Of a stretch of DNA of 64,000 bases, positions 1 to 9,376 are shown piece by piece. This DNA is from an uncultured candidate division Zixibacteria bacterium (GTDB taxonomy: Bacteria; Zixibacteria; MSB-5A5; GN15; FEB-12). The position numbers were made by a program, and so were the translations under genes. Under the pieces are notes generated by a model. That model searched no databases and was not told the origin of the DNA. It was given only the letters and a program-made list of their open reading frames with translations. The DNA is taken from contig OY760907.1 in assembly GCA_963664195.1 (NCBI GenBank), forward strand, positions 288,001 through 352,000, given 5' to 3'. Within the stretch, counting starts at the first letter, position 1, and each line of letters starts with the position of its first letter.

Positions 1-2
1 GA

Positions 3-3000
3 GTCAGTCATGAGCCACCCAAGATTGGAGTAATGACGTCGAATGCGGTACCCCTCTGGTTGCACCGTCAGCGTGTCGTTACCGTTGAAGTCACGATGGA
101 TCTGCGTATAGATGCCCGTCGTGTCAATCTCCGAATCGTAGTCTGCGACCGTGTACCGCACACTGGCCCCAGCCGAACGATCATCGGCAAGCCACGCCTG
201 CGATATCTGAGTCTCCAATCTGAGCACACTGCCTGCCTGAACCGGAAAGAGCAGCAGCTTCTCTGCCACGTAAGGCGCGCCTGTCGTATCATCAAAGAAT
301 CTGATAGAGTCTACAAGGATGTCGTCAAGGAAACAACGGGCAATCGCTGTATCCGACGAAGACCAACGTTCATTGCTGGCGGTCAGAGTTACGACAACGT
401 TTTGCGGGTCAGGCAGAAGATGTTCTGGGAACACCACTTCTACGGTGTCAGTATAGACGGGGCCTGCTGATCCGGAGTCGCTGTGGGCATAGGCGGACTC
501 CTCGATCTCTACGGGGACATGCTGGACTTGTAGAGTGTCAACAACGGGTGTAAACGTGGCAATCGCACGACCTAGCCCGTCCGTGTAGGAGACGGAGGAA
601 TTGCCGTCTTCGTCAATTGTCTCCAACTTGTGAACTTTGCCAGGCCAGTATGCTTCCGAATCAAAACCGGGCAGAACACCTTCGTTGGTAGTATACTCTT
701 GCGTCACTGGGTACGCTCGGAAAAGACCGGGAGCCCGGGTTTCCACGACCCTGCGCAGAGGATCGTTCGAGTACGAAACCTCAGTGTATGGCACAGGAAG
801 AGTCCCCAGCAGAACATCCGGTGCGTCGGCACTGTCGACGAAGTACGAATACAACAGGCTGTTTGAATCCAGGGGTTGTCCCGGTTCCCAGGTGCGCATG
901 TGTTCGGTCCCCAAGTAGCCGTCAATGAACTCAAATGGGTTGATGGAGTCATTCACCGCAGCAAAATCCCCATAACCCAGACTGGGGCGTACTTTGATCG
1001 GTTTGAAGCTAACCTCAGGACGGCCATCGTAGGTATGAGTGGCACCGGATACGATGATCTCGGTTCCATCAAAAACCTGTGTCTGTTTGGTGATCCCAGA
1101 GGCATCAACAAATTCACTGGTTATGACAGGATTCTTGTAAAAAACGAGGTTATCAATCCATTGGATCAGTTTCTCCGTTGAAATCATGGACTTGGGGTAC
1201 TGGGATCTCAGCCTGACCTTGGTGAAGCTATCCCAACCGACAGTACTATCCGTTACTCGATAGATGCAGTCGCCGTTCACAAAGAAGTACAGATCGTCCT
1301 CATAGATCGCCAGCCCCAGCCTCTGCAGACCTTTGTCCCAGGGGTAGTAGTATTCTCGCCATCCTCTGGGGTACTCTCTGAGTTCCTCCATGTGAATGAC
1401 TGTCGCAGCTGACATATCTCCTCCAGTGTATCGCCACACCAGGAAATCGCCATTGTAAGTGAAGCAGCAGGAGTACCCGTTGCCGGCATCATTCTCAAAA
1501 CCGTACCAGAGTGATGCGCCATGGATAGTGTTGTCAGTGGCGAATATCGGGGCCGTAATCTGGTGCCTAATAGTGTCCCGGATATCAAATGCCAGGAAAC
1601 CGTTTGAGAACGTGTCCAGGGGCACAACGAAGTCCGCGGCGAGTGCCGTGTCCTCAAGGTTGTTGAACGTATTCACCACGAACTTCAGCTTGCCGTTTTC
1701 AACCTGGTAGCTTGTGTCCAAAAGGTAACTGGTGTGAGGCTGACGCGACGAGAAGTCCACGGCGAAGCCGGTGCCCAGACCTTCGATCGTGTAAACAGCG
1801 TTCGGCATATCCAAGCGGTATTCATTCGGACTGTTGTCGTCCAGAACTCCTTCGGTTGACTTGTAGAAGAACTCCTGTCCTCGCACCGGACTCCAATTGT
1901 AGTCCGTGATCGCCGTGACATCGCCAAACTGATTGTAGATCGTTCGCACCGGGAGATTGTCCGGTCCCGACACAGAGGTCGGGCGCAGCAGAGCATCATA
2001 GTTGTAGGATGTCACCAAACAGCCTTCGGGATACAAGCGAATGTCATCGTAATAGTCTTCGTGATCGTATGTAGATTGGAACTCTGCTTCCAATGCATCG
2101 CCCTCATAGACGGTCAGCGAACAGGCCATATGCGTCCACTCACCCATACCAGAGGTCTGCCCATAGCTGATGTGGCCAGGATACTGCGAACTAAGAGATA
2201 TTGTCTGGACATTAGCAAACTTATCAAGTCCTGCCCCCCAGGCTTCGAGGTAATACTTGCCTGCAGAGACGTCGTCCAGGTTGAAATGTGGATAAGAGTT
2301 GTGCATCGCTCGCAGAGCCCTATTGCCTGAGAAGGCCGCAGAATCCGATACGTAGCTATCTCCAATACTCCAGATGCCCGGCTGATTGTCTAGCTCATCC
2401 TCACCTGAAAAGAAGGCGAAACTGGAGAGCCCGACATTCTCAAACTTGGCCTCCAAGCCACGGTAACTCCAGACTAATCCGTCGATTGTACTATCAGGAT
2501 TCATGACTCGGAGCGGATTTCCCCGGCGGTCAACGTCGAGCACCTCGGTAATCAGCGAGTCGTAGGGTGCCAGACTGTTGTAATCTGATGTCTTCTGGAG
2601 ATAGAATATCCCCTGATTGGGACGGTTCTGGGAAGCGAAACCATCGGAATACGTGTATGTCGTCACATTGATCGGCGTTTCTCCCTCAGTGCCTTTCTCA
2701 ATGCGCTCCATGAGCGAGAGATAGTGATTGTCATCAAACTCGTTTGCCGTCCCATTGGCGGCGTACTCGTATTCAGTAATCCGAGTTTCCGCATTCACTG
2801 TCTTGCGCACCGTCTCGAGTCGGCCGCGCGGGCCGTTCTCGTAGGTGTAGTAGGTATGGCTTTCGACGCCATCTCGGCGTGTCGCCGACGAGTCTACTCG
2901 TAGGTGATAAGTGATTGCGATTGTGTCACAATCAAACACGCTGGAAGCCCCACTGCCGTAGCCGTCATTCGCCGGAAATCGGACGTTTCTCATCTGCGGC

Positions 3001-5324
3001 CAGGAGTAGAACTGTTGGTCATAACTGACCTCGTTTCCCTCGGCATCTCTGACGACCGTCTTGTAAGGGATTCCATGAAGTGGTGATCGATCCAACCAGA
3101 AGGCATAGTCCATATGGGTTATCCGGCCGTAGGTTGATGTGCCATCAAACTCATAGCAGGTCATGGTCTGGCGCTTGTGCTGCGGAACTGAGTCAGTCAC
3201 CAGGTAGGAGTACTCGGTAGATCCTCCACTGCCTGGAAGTGTCCAAGTGATCCGAGGGTATTGAATCACATGATCGACGTTGTCACCCTGAAATCTGAGC
3301 TGGTAGCCCAACCAAAGGACGCCGTACCAAGAATGGTAGGGCATGACGCTTCGGGTGTCGTATTGATATCGATACAGTTCGTAGTTGTTGGGCATCGAGG
3401 TGGCGTATCCGATACCCGGGTTTTCCGCTGTTCCGTATGTGATCTGAACCGTATCTTCCTTCTCACTGTCCCTATATAGCGACATAGGATCCCATGGATT
3501 TGAACACATCGGCAGACTGTCATTGACGATTATGGACTTGACTCGGCAACCACCACTGACCCAGTGATTGTCCCCTATCTTAAACTCGTCCAACTCATAC
3601 TCATAGCCGTATGTTAGCCCCTCCGGAGTTGTCATACCACTGAGGGACCAACCCCAGGGAATCTGATAGTGATAGCCAAAGAAGTCTCTTTGACACCAGG
3701 ACTTGGGTATCAAGCCAACAGTATCTTCCACCCAGGCTTGGTTTTCCAGACACGAATTCGAGTAAGGTACCACGTCGTTGTCCAGACCACAGTGGAGATG
3801 GTAATCGTAGTCCTGTCCATATATCCACCTGGTGTAGTCGGCATACGTTACTCGATTCTCCCCTGAGTCGGGCATCACATTCTCCGGGAACACGGTAGTA
3901 CTCTCAAGCTCCAGATTGTAGTCAAATGAGAACTTCTTTCGATATCCGCACGAATCCGCCTCTCGAGCGTAAGGTACAAAAGGCTGAACGTCAGGCTGAT
4001 ACGGGATTTCATTGCCGATAGAAATGCTGCGAAGGGTGGGCTCACCGTCACGTTCTTCACCACCCCATGGTTCGTCTTGGGATGTCCAGTTGAAGTGGTT
4101 GTGCCAGGCAGTCTTGAGCGGATCTAGGTCATCGTACTCGTAGTTGAACACTACACTATACAACTCATCCCCGGTTGTCAGGGAACTGTCACCACTGTAC
4201 TCATAGACGCTCATCCTGGCAAGCACACGATCCCTGATGCGGTAATCATCGTCATTGATAGTGCGACCTGATCGCCAGTATCTAATCGTTTTGAAATCCC
4301 GAAGCTCGCCCGTAACGAAATCTACGACAACGGACGGACTCACAATCCGATGAAGGAACGTAATCACAGTGGAATCTCGATCCAGGTCGCCTGCATCTCC
4401 ACCTCCACACTGCCAGGGCCCCATCAGGAGCGTGTCGAGGGCAGTATACTGAAATGCCACCCAGGAACCACAGTTGCCCTCACGGGGACTTGTACAGTCC
4501 AGAGGATTTAGGGAATCACCACCACCGTCCACATAATCGTGGCTCAGAATCGCAGTCAACATCCACTCATTGTTTTCGATTCGATTCCTATATAGATACT
4601 CACATGAATCCCACTGAGGATCGATGCTGAGAAAGTCATCTCTAGGCTCGGCGATAGAAGATTGTTGCAGGGGCTGCGAAAACACATACTTAGTGGCATT
4701 CTCATCAACCATCACAAAGTAGTTGTAACGATAGTATTGCCACATGCCGCTGCAGGAAGACACCTGAGATGCGTCTCTGCTCACGTACAGTGAATCGTTG
4801 GAATGGGAGATGGGAAAGAAGCCAGGCGTGTCCTGCGAACCCTGATTCATGAAGCGAATCGAGCGCCCCGGAATGTTCACCTGGTACACATCGTTAACGT
4901 AGTATCTGGACTGCATGTCATTGTACGTATACGCGTGTACATCATCCCCGTGAACCGGCATTCTCTTAACGGACCACCCACCTAGATGCCATCCCAAGCC
5001 CACCCAAGTAGCTGGCTGGTCCATTTTGACTCCTGACTTGTAGGAAAGGTTGATGGGCACAGGGATATTACCAGGGACCTCAAAAAGTGGGAGATTGACC
5101 CGTAAGTCTCCATCCGCCCCGATAGTATTGTACTTCTGAACAGACTCAACAAAGTTGGATCCAACTGTACCGGACTCTCTTGGTAGGGAGTACAGGTGGT
5201 CCGTAGGGGCAAGCGTCTCGTTTGCGCGGATGCTGTCAAACGCGGTGACAGAAGCAAGTAGGGACACAACGAATGTGAAAAGCACGTCCATAATAGAGAA
5301 TCTGGCGGTGATACGACTAGACAT
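3..5324 (-). CDS. RHS/YD-repeat protein with signal-like N-terminus; partial, continues beyond the left edge
   Basis: Hand translation from ATG 5324 (GGGAG SD) gives MSSRITARFSIMDVLFTFVVSLLASVTAFDSIRA..., then GDLRVNLPLFEVPGNIPVPINLSYKSGVKMDQPATWVGLGWHLGGWSVKR (typical RHS N-terminal motif), DDIRLYPEGCLVTSYNYDA (~2040) and PEGYRIRRHYSNLGWL (~30). The frame was open at every spot checked. The ORF track lists nothing in this frame, consistent with no stop before the edge. Confidence 0.85.
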   Translation of the reverse strand, partial: MSSRITARFSIMDVLFTFVVSLLASVTAFDSIRANETLAPTDHLYSLPRESGTVGSNFVESVQKYNTIGADGDLRVNLPLFEVPGNIPVPINLSYKSGVKMDQPATWVGLGWHLGGWSVKRMPVHGDDVHAYTYNDMQSRYYVNDVYQVNIPGRSIRFMNQGSQDTPGFFPISHSNDSLYVSRDASQVSSCSGMWQYYRYNYFVMVDENATKYVFSQPLQQSSIAEPRDDFLSIDPQWDSCEYLYRNRIENNEWMLTAILSHDYVDGGGDSLNPLDCTSPREGNCGSWVAFQYTALDTLLMGPWQCGGGDAGDLDRDSTVITFLHRIVSPSVVVDFVTGELRDFKTIRYWRSGRTINDDDYRIRDRVLARMSVYEYSGDSSLTTGDELYSVVFNYEYDDLDPLKTAWHNHFNWTSQDEPWGGEERDGEPTLRSISIGNEIPYQPDVQPFVPYAREADSCGYRKKFSFDYNLELESTTVFPENVMPDSGENRVTYADYTRWIYGQDYDYHLHCGLDNDVVPYSNSCLENQAWVEDTVGLIPKSWCQRDFFGYHYQIPWGWSLSGMTTPEGLTYGYEYELDEFKIGDNHWVSGGCRVKSIIVNDSLPMCSNPWDPMSLYRDSEKEDTVQITYGTAENPGIGYATSMPNNYELYRYQYDTRSVMPYHSWYGVLWLGYQLRFQGDNVDHVIQYPRITWTLPGSGGSTEYSYLVTDSVPQHKRQTMTCYEFDGTSTYGRITHMDYAFWLDRSPLHGIPYKTVVRDAEGNEVSYDQQFYSWPQMRNVRFPANDGYGSGASSVFDCDTIAITYHLRVDSSATRRDGVESHTYYTYENGPRGRLETVRKTVNAETRITEYEYAANGTANEFDDNHYLSLMERIEKGTEGETPINVTTYTYSDGFASQNRPNQGIFYLQKTSDYNSLAPYDSLITEVLDVDRRGNPLRVMNPDSTIDGLVWSYRGLEAKFENVGLSSFAFFSGEDELDNQPGIWSIGDSYVSDSAAFSGNRALRAMHNSYPHFNLDDVSAGKYYLEAWGAGLDKFANVQTISLSSQYPGHISYGQTSGMGEWTHMACSLTVYEGDALEAEFQSTYDHEDYYDDIRLYPEGCLVTSYNYDALLRPTSVSGPDNLPVRTIYNQFGDVTAITDYNWSPVRGQEFFYKSTEGVLDDNSPNEYRLDMPNAVYTIEGLGTGFAVDFSSRQPHTSYLLDTSYQVENGKLKFVVNTFNNLEDTALAADFVVPLDTFSNGFLAFDIRDTIRHQITAPIFATDNTIHGASLWYGFENDAGNGYSCCFTYNGDFLVWRYTGGDMSAATVIHMEELREYPRGWREYYYPWDKGLQRLGLAIYEDDLYFFVNGDCIYRVTDSTVGWDSFTKVRLRSQYPKSMISTEKLIQWIDNLVFYKNPVITSEFVDASGITKQTQVFDGTEIIVSGATHTYDGRPEVSFKPIKVRPSLGYGDFAAVNDSINPFEFIDGYLGTEHMRTWEPGQPLDSNSLLYSYFVDSADAPDVLLGTLPVPYTEVSYSNDPLRRVVETRAPGLFRAYPVTQEYTTNEGVLPGFDSEAYWPGKVHKLETIDEDGNSSVSYTDGLGRAIATFTPVVDTLQVQHVPVEIEESAYAHSDSGSAGPVYTDTVEVVFPEHLLPDPQNVVVTLTASNERWSSSDTAIARCFLDDILVDSIRFFDDTTGAPYVAEKLLLFPVQAGSVLRLETQISQAWLADDRSAGASVRYTVADYDSEIDTTGIYTQIHRDFNGNDTLTVQPEGYRIRRHYSNLGWLMTD

Positions 5325-6288
5325 GATAGTAGGACTCCCAAAGAAGAAGTGTGGCTTGTTTTGCAGTTCCGAGCTCGTGCTGATAGGGTTTGGGCGAGAA
5401 CGTAAGAGCTTCAGCCAAAAGTTCGTACAGATAGCACGGATTATGGCCAAGCATGGCCGCATTACACCGATCTCCGGTTGCAGCTTTCAATTGTCCTCTC
5501 ACAGCCCCCTGCGGTAATCAGAAGCAGTATGCACACCTCCCACAGCGCGCATGTGCGTATATGACGCATAGATCACACAGTTGTCAAGCACAAAAGTGAC
5601 ATCACAGCCCATTTTGCATGTGAAGTGAACATCACTCACTGTCAGAAACTGGCAGTAGCGAATCGTTATGCCGCTCCATGATAACACGTTACGCAAATCT
5701 GCACGTCTGTGTCGTGCCCTCAGTTTTTTTTTGGGGGGGGATATTGGACGGGCCGAAGGCTGGAACAACGCACGTTCTTGTGTGAACGTCGACAATCGCT
5801 CGTTCGTTAAGAGGAGATCAAATCGTTCCGACAAGTTCAAACAACGGAAGACACATGGCGACAAGAATGATTGTGGTGAGCGGTTCTATCGGCGATGCTG
5901 GTGTCTGTATTTGAGCGGCAGATTCGCTCAAATTGTAGTCGGCCACGCGAATGAGCATATCGCCAGCTGCCTTGTCCCCTCCCCCAGTCCCCCGTTTTTT
6001 TGGCCTCCGAAAATCCATCGGCCTTTTGATTCCATGGTACCTTGATATGACAATTGAATGCAAGAGCGGTTCGTGCGTTCGCTGTTTACCCCAAACATGT
6101 ACGCGCCTTGTAGCCACCCTGGCCTCTCGGAGCAAGGTTCCATATTGCTAAATGTGGGACTCCGACTTTCCTCCCCCGTCCCCAGATTAGCCTATAACTA
6201 GTAGTACCAAACAGTTATAACACACACGCAAACTGCCGCCAAACACCAACCAGACAAGCCACAAACAACCGGCAAACTGCGGCACTAT

Positions 6289-6352
6289 TTGACATATTAT
6301 GCTTTGTTACGTAAATAATGCTTGACATCGTGGCCGTTCATGCCGATATTAT
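6289..6352 (+). promoter_or_regulatory. Tandem sigma70-like promoters upstream of ardC
   Basis: TTGACA at 6289-6294 and 6322-6327, each followed by an AT-rich -10-like hexamer (TAAATA; GATATT/TATTAT). Confidence 0.5.
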
Positions 6353-6396
6353 AAGAACAACAATAACCTGACAACCCCTAAATCGAGGTAGCTCAA

Positions 6397-7271
6397 ATGG
6401 ATACCTACCAAGTTATCACTGATCGAATCATCTGCATGCTTGAGAAAGGCACAGTGCCCTGGCGCAAGCCCTGGAAGCATTCAACCCTGGACGGAGCGCC
6501 AATCAATCTTGTCTCACGGAAACCATATCGAGGAATCAATGTCTTCCTGTTGCCTGCTCCGGCTATGACAGTCCTTACTGGTTATCATTCAACCAGGCCA
6601 AACAGTGTGGCGGTCACGTCAAGAAAGGCGAGCGGTCAACAATGGTTGTCTTCTGGAACTGGATTGACAAGGAGACGGGAAAGACAGACAACCAGGGCAA
6701 ACCGGCAGTAGATCGCATTCCCTTCTTGCGTTACTACAATGTATTTAATACACAGCAGTGTGACCTGCCCGATGGTGTAGTACCCGCCTTGCCGGACGTG
6801 CCTACTGTTGAACCGATTGCAGCGTGTGAAGCAATCGTCCAGGCAATGCCCAACAGGCCTGCTATTAGCCACAATGGAGGCAACCGGGCCTATTACCGGC
6901 AAGGGACCGATTCTGTCCACATGCCCAACCAAACCCGGTTCGAACACCAAGAAGAGTATTATTCAACCCTGTTCCATGAGCTGACACACGCAACCGGGCA
7001 CAGTAGTCGCTTAGACCGAAAGACCTTGACCGACTATGACGGGTTTGGAGGCGACAACTACTCCCGTGAAGAGCTTGTGGCGGAAATGGGGGCAGCCTTC
7101 CTGTGTGGCGTAGCAGGCACTGAGACGCAAACCCTGGATAACTCCGGAGCTTACATTGCCTCCTGGCTGCGAGCACTGAAGGAAGACAAGCGCTTAGTCG
7201 TAACTGCTGCCGCTCAGGCCCAGAAGGCAGCCGACTACATTCAGGCAAAAGAAAACCCGGTAAGTCATTGA
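6397..7271 (+). pseudogene. ardC: ArdC-family antirestriction protein (ssDNA-binding domain plus zincin-like domain), 1-nt frameshift near 6550
   Basis: N-terminus YQVITDRII..LEKGTVPWRKPW..PINLVSRKPYRGINVFLL continues in the -1 frame as SGYDSPYWLSFNQAKQCGGHVKKGE...; HELTHATGH (HExxH) and YSREELVAEMGAAFL are present. May be an assembly error rather than a real pseudogene. Confidence 0.85.
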
Positions 7272-7304
7272 CCTACCGGGCACAACAATAACCATTACCC
7301 TGAA

Positions 7305-7352
7305 ACGGGTTCTGGATACCACCTGCAAGATACAATGCAGTCCAGAACCCGT
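7305..7352. repeat. Long intergenic hairpin
   Basis: Perfect 12-bp inverted repeat ACGGGTTCTGGA (7305-7316) / TCCAGAACCCGT (7341-7352), with an inner CTGCA/TGCAG pair. Confidence 0.8.
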
Positions 7353-7374
7353 CAAGGAATCCGGAGAATATGAC

Positions 7375-8013
7375 ATGAGACTGGACGAGAAACATAGACC
7401 GCATACACTGGCTGACGTGATCGGCCAAGCCAAAGTAGTCAAACGCATTGAATTGTTGCAGGCCCGTTCATGGGGAGGACGGGCCTACTGGCTCGCTGGA
7501 GCCTCTGGGACAGGCAAGACCTCTATTGCACGGATCATTGCCCATGAAGGCGCCGACGGCCTGTATATCACCGAAACAGTGGGCAGACTCTTGACTACAA
7601 GCAAACTGACTGAGATCAAGAACGGTTGGGTCTATCTGCCAATGGCCGACAAGTCTGGGTATGCCCTGATCGTCAATGAGGCTCATGGCCTGAGCAAGCC
7701 TGTGATCGAATTGCTGCTGGACGTACTAGAAAACCTTCCCTCCAACGTAGTTGTGATCTTTACAACTACTATCGAGGGCAACAATCTGTTTGAGGAGAAT
7801 CTGGACAGTTCCCCCTTTGCCTCTCGGTGTGTGAACCTGCGCTTGTCCAGTCGAGGTCTATGTGACCCGTTTGCCCGTCGAGCCAAGGAGATTGCCGAGG
7901 CGGAAGGCTTAGACGGCAAACCTATCGAGGCTTATGTCAACCTGTTGAAACAATGTCGGAACAACCTGAGGATGGCCCTGAGCGAGATCGAATCAGGCGC
8001 CATGCTGAACTAG
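7375..8013 (+). CDS. Short clamp-loader-clade AAA+ ATPase (DnaX/RFC/RarA-like)
   Basis: LDEKHRPHTLADVIGQ N-terminal motif, Walker A GASGTGKTS, Walker B variant LIVNEAH, ASRC arginine-finger motif, NNLRMAL sensor-2. Confidence 0.8.
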   Translation: MRLDEKHRPHTLADVIGQAKVVKRIELLQARSWGGRAYWLAGASGTGKTSIARIIAHEGADGLYITETVGRLLTTSKLTEIKNGWVYLPMADKSGYALIVNEAHGLSKPVIELLLDVLENLPSNVVVIFTTTIEGNNLFEENLDSSPFASRCVNLRLSSRGLCDPFARRAKEIAEAEGLDGKPIEAYVNLLKQCRNNLRMALSEIESGAMLN

Positions 8014-8024
8014 GGGGACAGACA

Positions 8025-8978
8025 GTGAAAGAGCTACAACCCGTAAGGCTATCCACAAGCCGTGAGAATCTCAGACGTGCACGTCAGGTGTTCGACAGCC
8101 TGGACGTGGCCGAGTCCACCAGGAAGGACTACAAACGTCGTATCATCTGGTTCCTGCGCAATGCTCGTAAGACCGGTCTTGACCGCAGTTCATTCCTGGA
8201 GTACAAGCGGGCACTGGCCGATCGAACCGACATCGCAGTAACCACCAAGAACAAGTATCTGGCCACCGCCAGAGTGTTCTTAAAAGAGCTCTATCGGCTG
8301 GGCTACCTTCCGGTCGATTTGACAGCCAACGTCAAGGGATTCAGTCAGAGCCGGAAGCACAAGCGCTTTGGAGTCAATGACGATGAGATGAAGGCAATCA
8401 CCGAGCGTATCCGTTCCTTGCCCCTCTCCCCCGAATCAGCCAGGCTACGAGCCGTCCTCTGTCTCTTGGGATTGCAGGGCCTACGTCAGATTGAGATCAC
8501 TCGCCTTGACGTAAGTGACCTTGATCTGATCCACAAGACTGCACTAGTACAAGGCAAAGGACGCGACGACAAGGAGCCCGTTGATCTTCACCCTGAGACT
8601 GTCCGAGCGCTCAGGGAGTATCTGGAAGCTAGTAACCTGGCCGATGGCCCACTCTTTGTTGGTCGCAGCAACAACAGCCGACGATTGACCACACGGGGAC
8701 TGAGGCTTATCATCCGTCGTATCCTGAAGGAACTGGGCATTGACAAGACCGTTCATGGATTTAGGCACTACTTTGTCACTTGTTTGATCCGTGCTTACGC
8801 GGGTGATCTGCTGACAGTGGCGCAGTACACTCGCCATCGGTCGCTTGAAATGCTTCAGGTTTACAACGACAATATCAAACGACAAGAGGATCTGCCAAGG
8901 TTCTATCGGACGTTTGGAGACCTGAAATTCAGCGAGAAAACCGCCTCTACTTCCCATAAGTCTGGTTACCGGAAGTAG
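8025..8978 (+). CDS. Xer-like tyrosine recombinase
   Basis: GTG at 8025 after a GGGGG SD. Catalytic motifs GLRQIE, GKG, HGFRH, RH and VY; SAM-like N-terminus. Confidence 0.9.
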   Translation: MKELQPVRLSTSRENLRRARQVFDSLDVAESTRKDYKRRIIWFLRNARKTGLDRSSFLEYKRALADRTDIAVTTKNKYLATARVFLKELYRLGYLPVDLTANVKGFSQSRKHKRFGVNDDEMKAITERIRSLPLSPESARLRAVLCLLGLQGLRQIEITRLDVSDLDLIHKTALVQGKGRDDKEPVDLHPETVRALREYLEASNLADGPLFVGRSNNSRRLTTRGLRLIIRRILKELGIDKTVHGFRHYFVTCLIRAYAGDLLTVAQYTRHRSLEMLQVYNDNIKRQEDLPRFYRTFGDLKFSEKTASTSHKSGYRK

Positions 8979-8979
8979 A
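8946..8979. other. dif/loxP-like 11-6-11 recombination-site candidate
   Basis: TCT-ACTTCCCATAA-GTCTGG-TTACCGGAAGT-AGA. The arms are inverted (9/11 identical, plus 3-bp outer pairs) and overlap the recombinase stop codon. Confidence 0.6.
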
Positions 8980-9044
8980 ACTTCGCGACTGCGAGCAGAC
9001 CGTTTGAGATTGACACTGCGGGCAAGAATGGAGACTATAGGTGC

Positions 9045-9281
9045 ATGACAGATAAGAAAGAGAAACGACTTGGCCGTCCACCCAGTGGCATTCCCAGGCG
9101 CCCGATGACAATCAATCTGCCGGTTGTCGTGGCGGACAGAGTCAAAGAATACTCCGGCGAGCACGGTGAGAGTTGTAGCAACCTGATAGCTCGTCTCCTG
9201 GCGGAGTTCTTCCGAACCGACGGCAAACCGCCCGGCAACGTACGTGCCACGCTCAAGCGCAAGCTGAAGGAATTGGAGTGA
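9045..9281 (+). CDS. Small ribbon-helix-helix-like DNA-binding protein
   Basis: KRLGRPP basic motif, then beta strand MTINLP and two helices (S.SNLIARLLAEF); TTGACA at ~9010. Confidence 0.6.
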   Translation: MTDKKEKRLGRPPSGIPRRPMTINLPVVVADRVKEYSGEHGESCSNLIARLLAEFFRTDGKPPGNVRATLKRKLKELE

Positions 9282-9316
9282 AGCCTCCTCCACTGCGAAT
9301 AGCTTGACAAGAGAGA

Positions 9317-9344
9317 ACGGCCGCCTCAAAGATGAAGCGGCCGT
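9317..9344. terminator. Hairpin between convergent genes
   Basis: ACGGCCGC...GCGGCCGT stem. Confidence 0.5.
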
Positions 9345-9376
9345 CTTGAAAGTTGCTGGAAGGTCGTCGCCGTCGA

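Noticed and set aside
33..4985. Many short ORFs in the track
   Set aside because: Off-frame or antisense to the long RHS frame.
5596..5620. GTGACATC and GCCCATTTTG words shared with 28461-28480 (possible integrase arm sites)
   Set aside because: Short, in swapped order, and with no adjacent core att sequence.
6127..6140. CGGAGCA as the distal att copy of the tRNA 3' end
   Set aside because: Only about 7 matching bases, which is not significant. No att repeat was found in the window.
6286..6317. Possible second dif-like site
   Set aside because: The arms and spacer do not fit the 11-6-11 geometry; better explained as promoter sequence.
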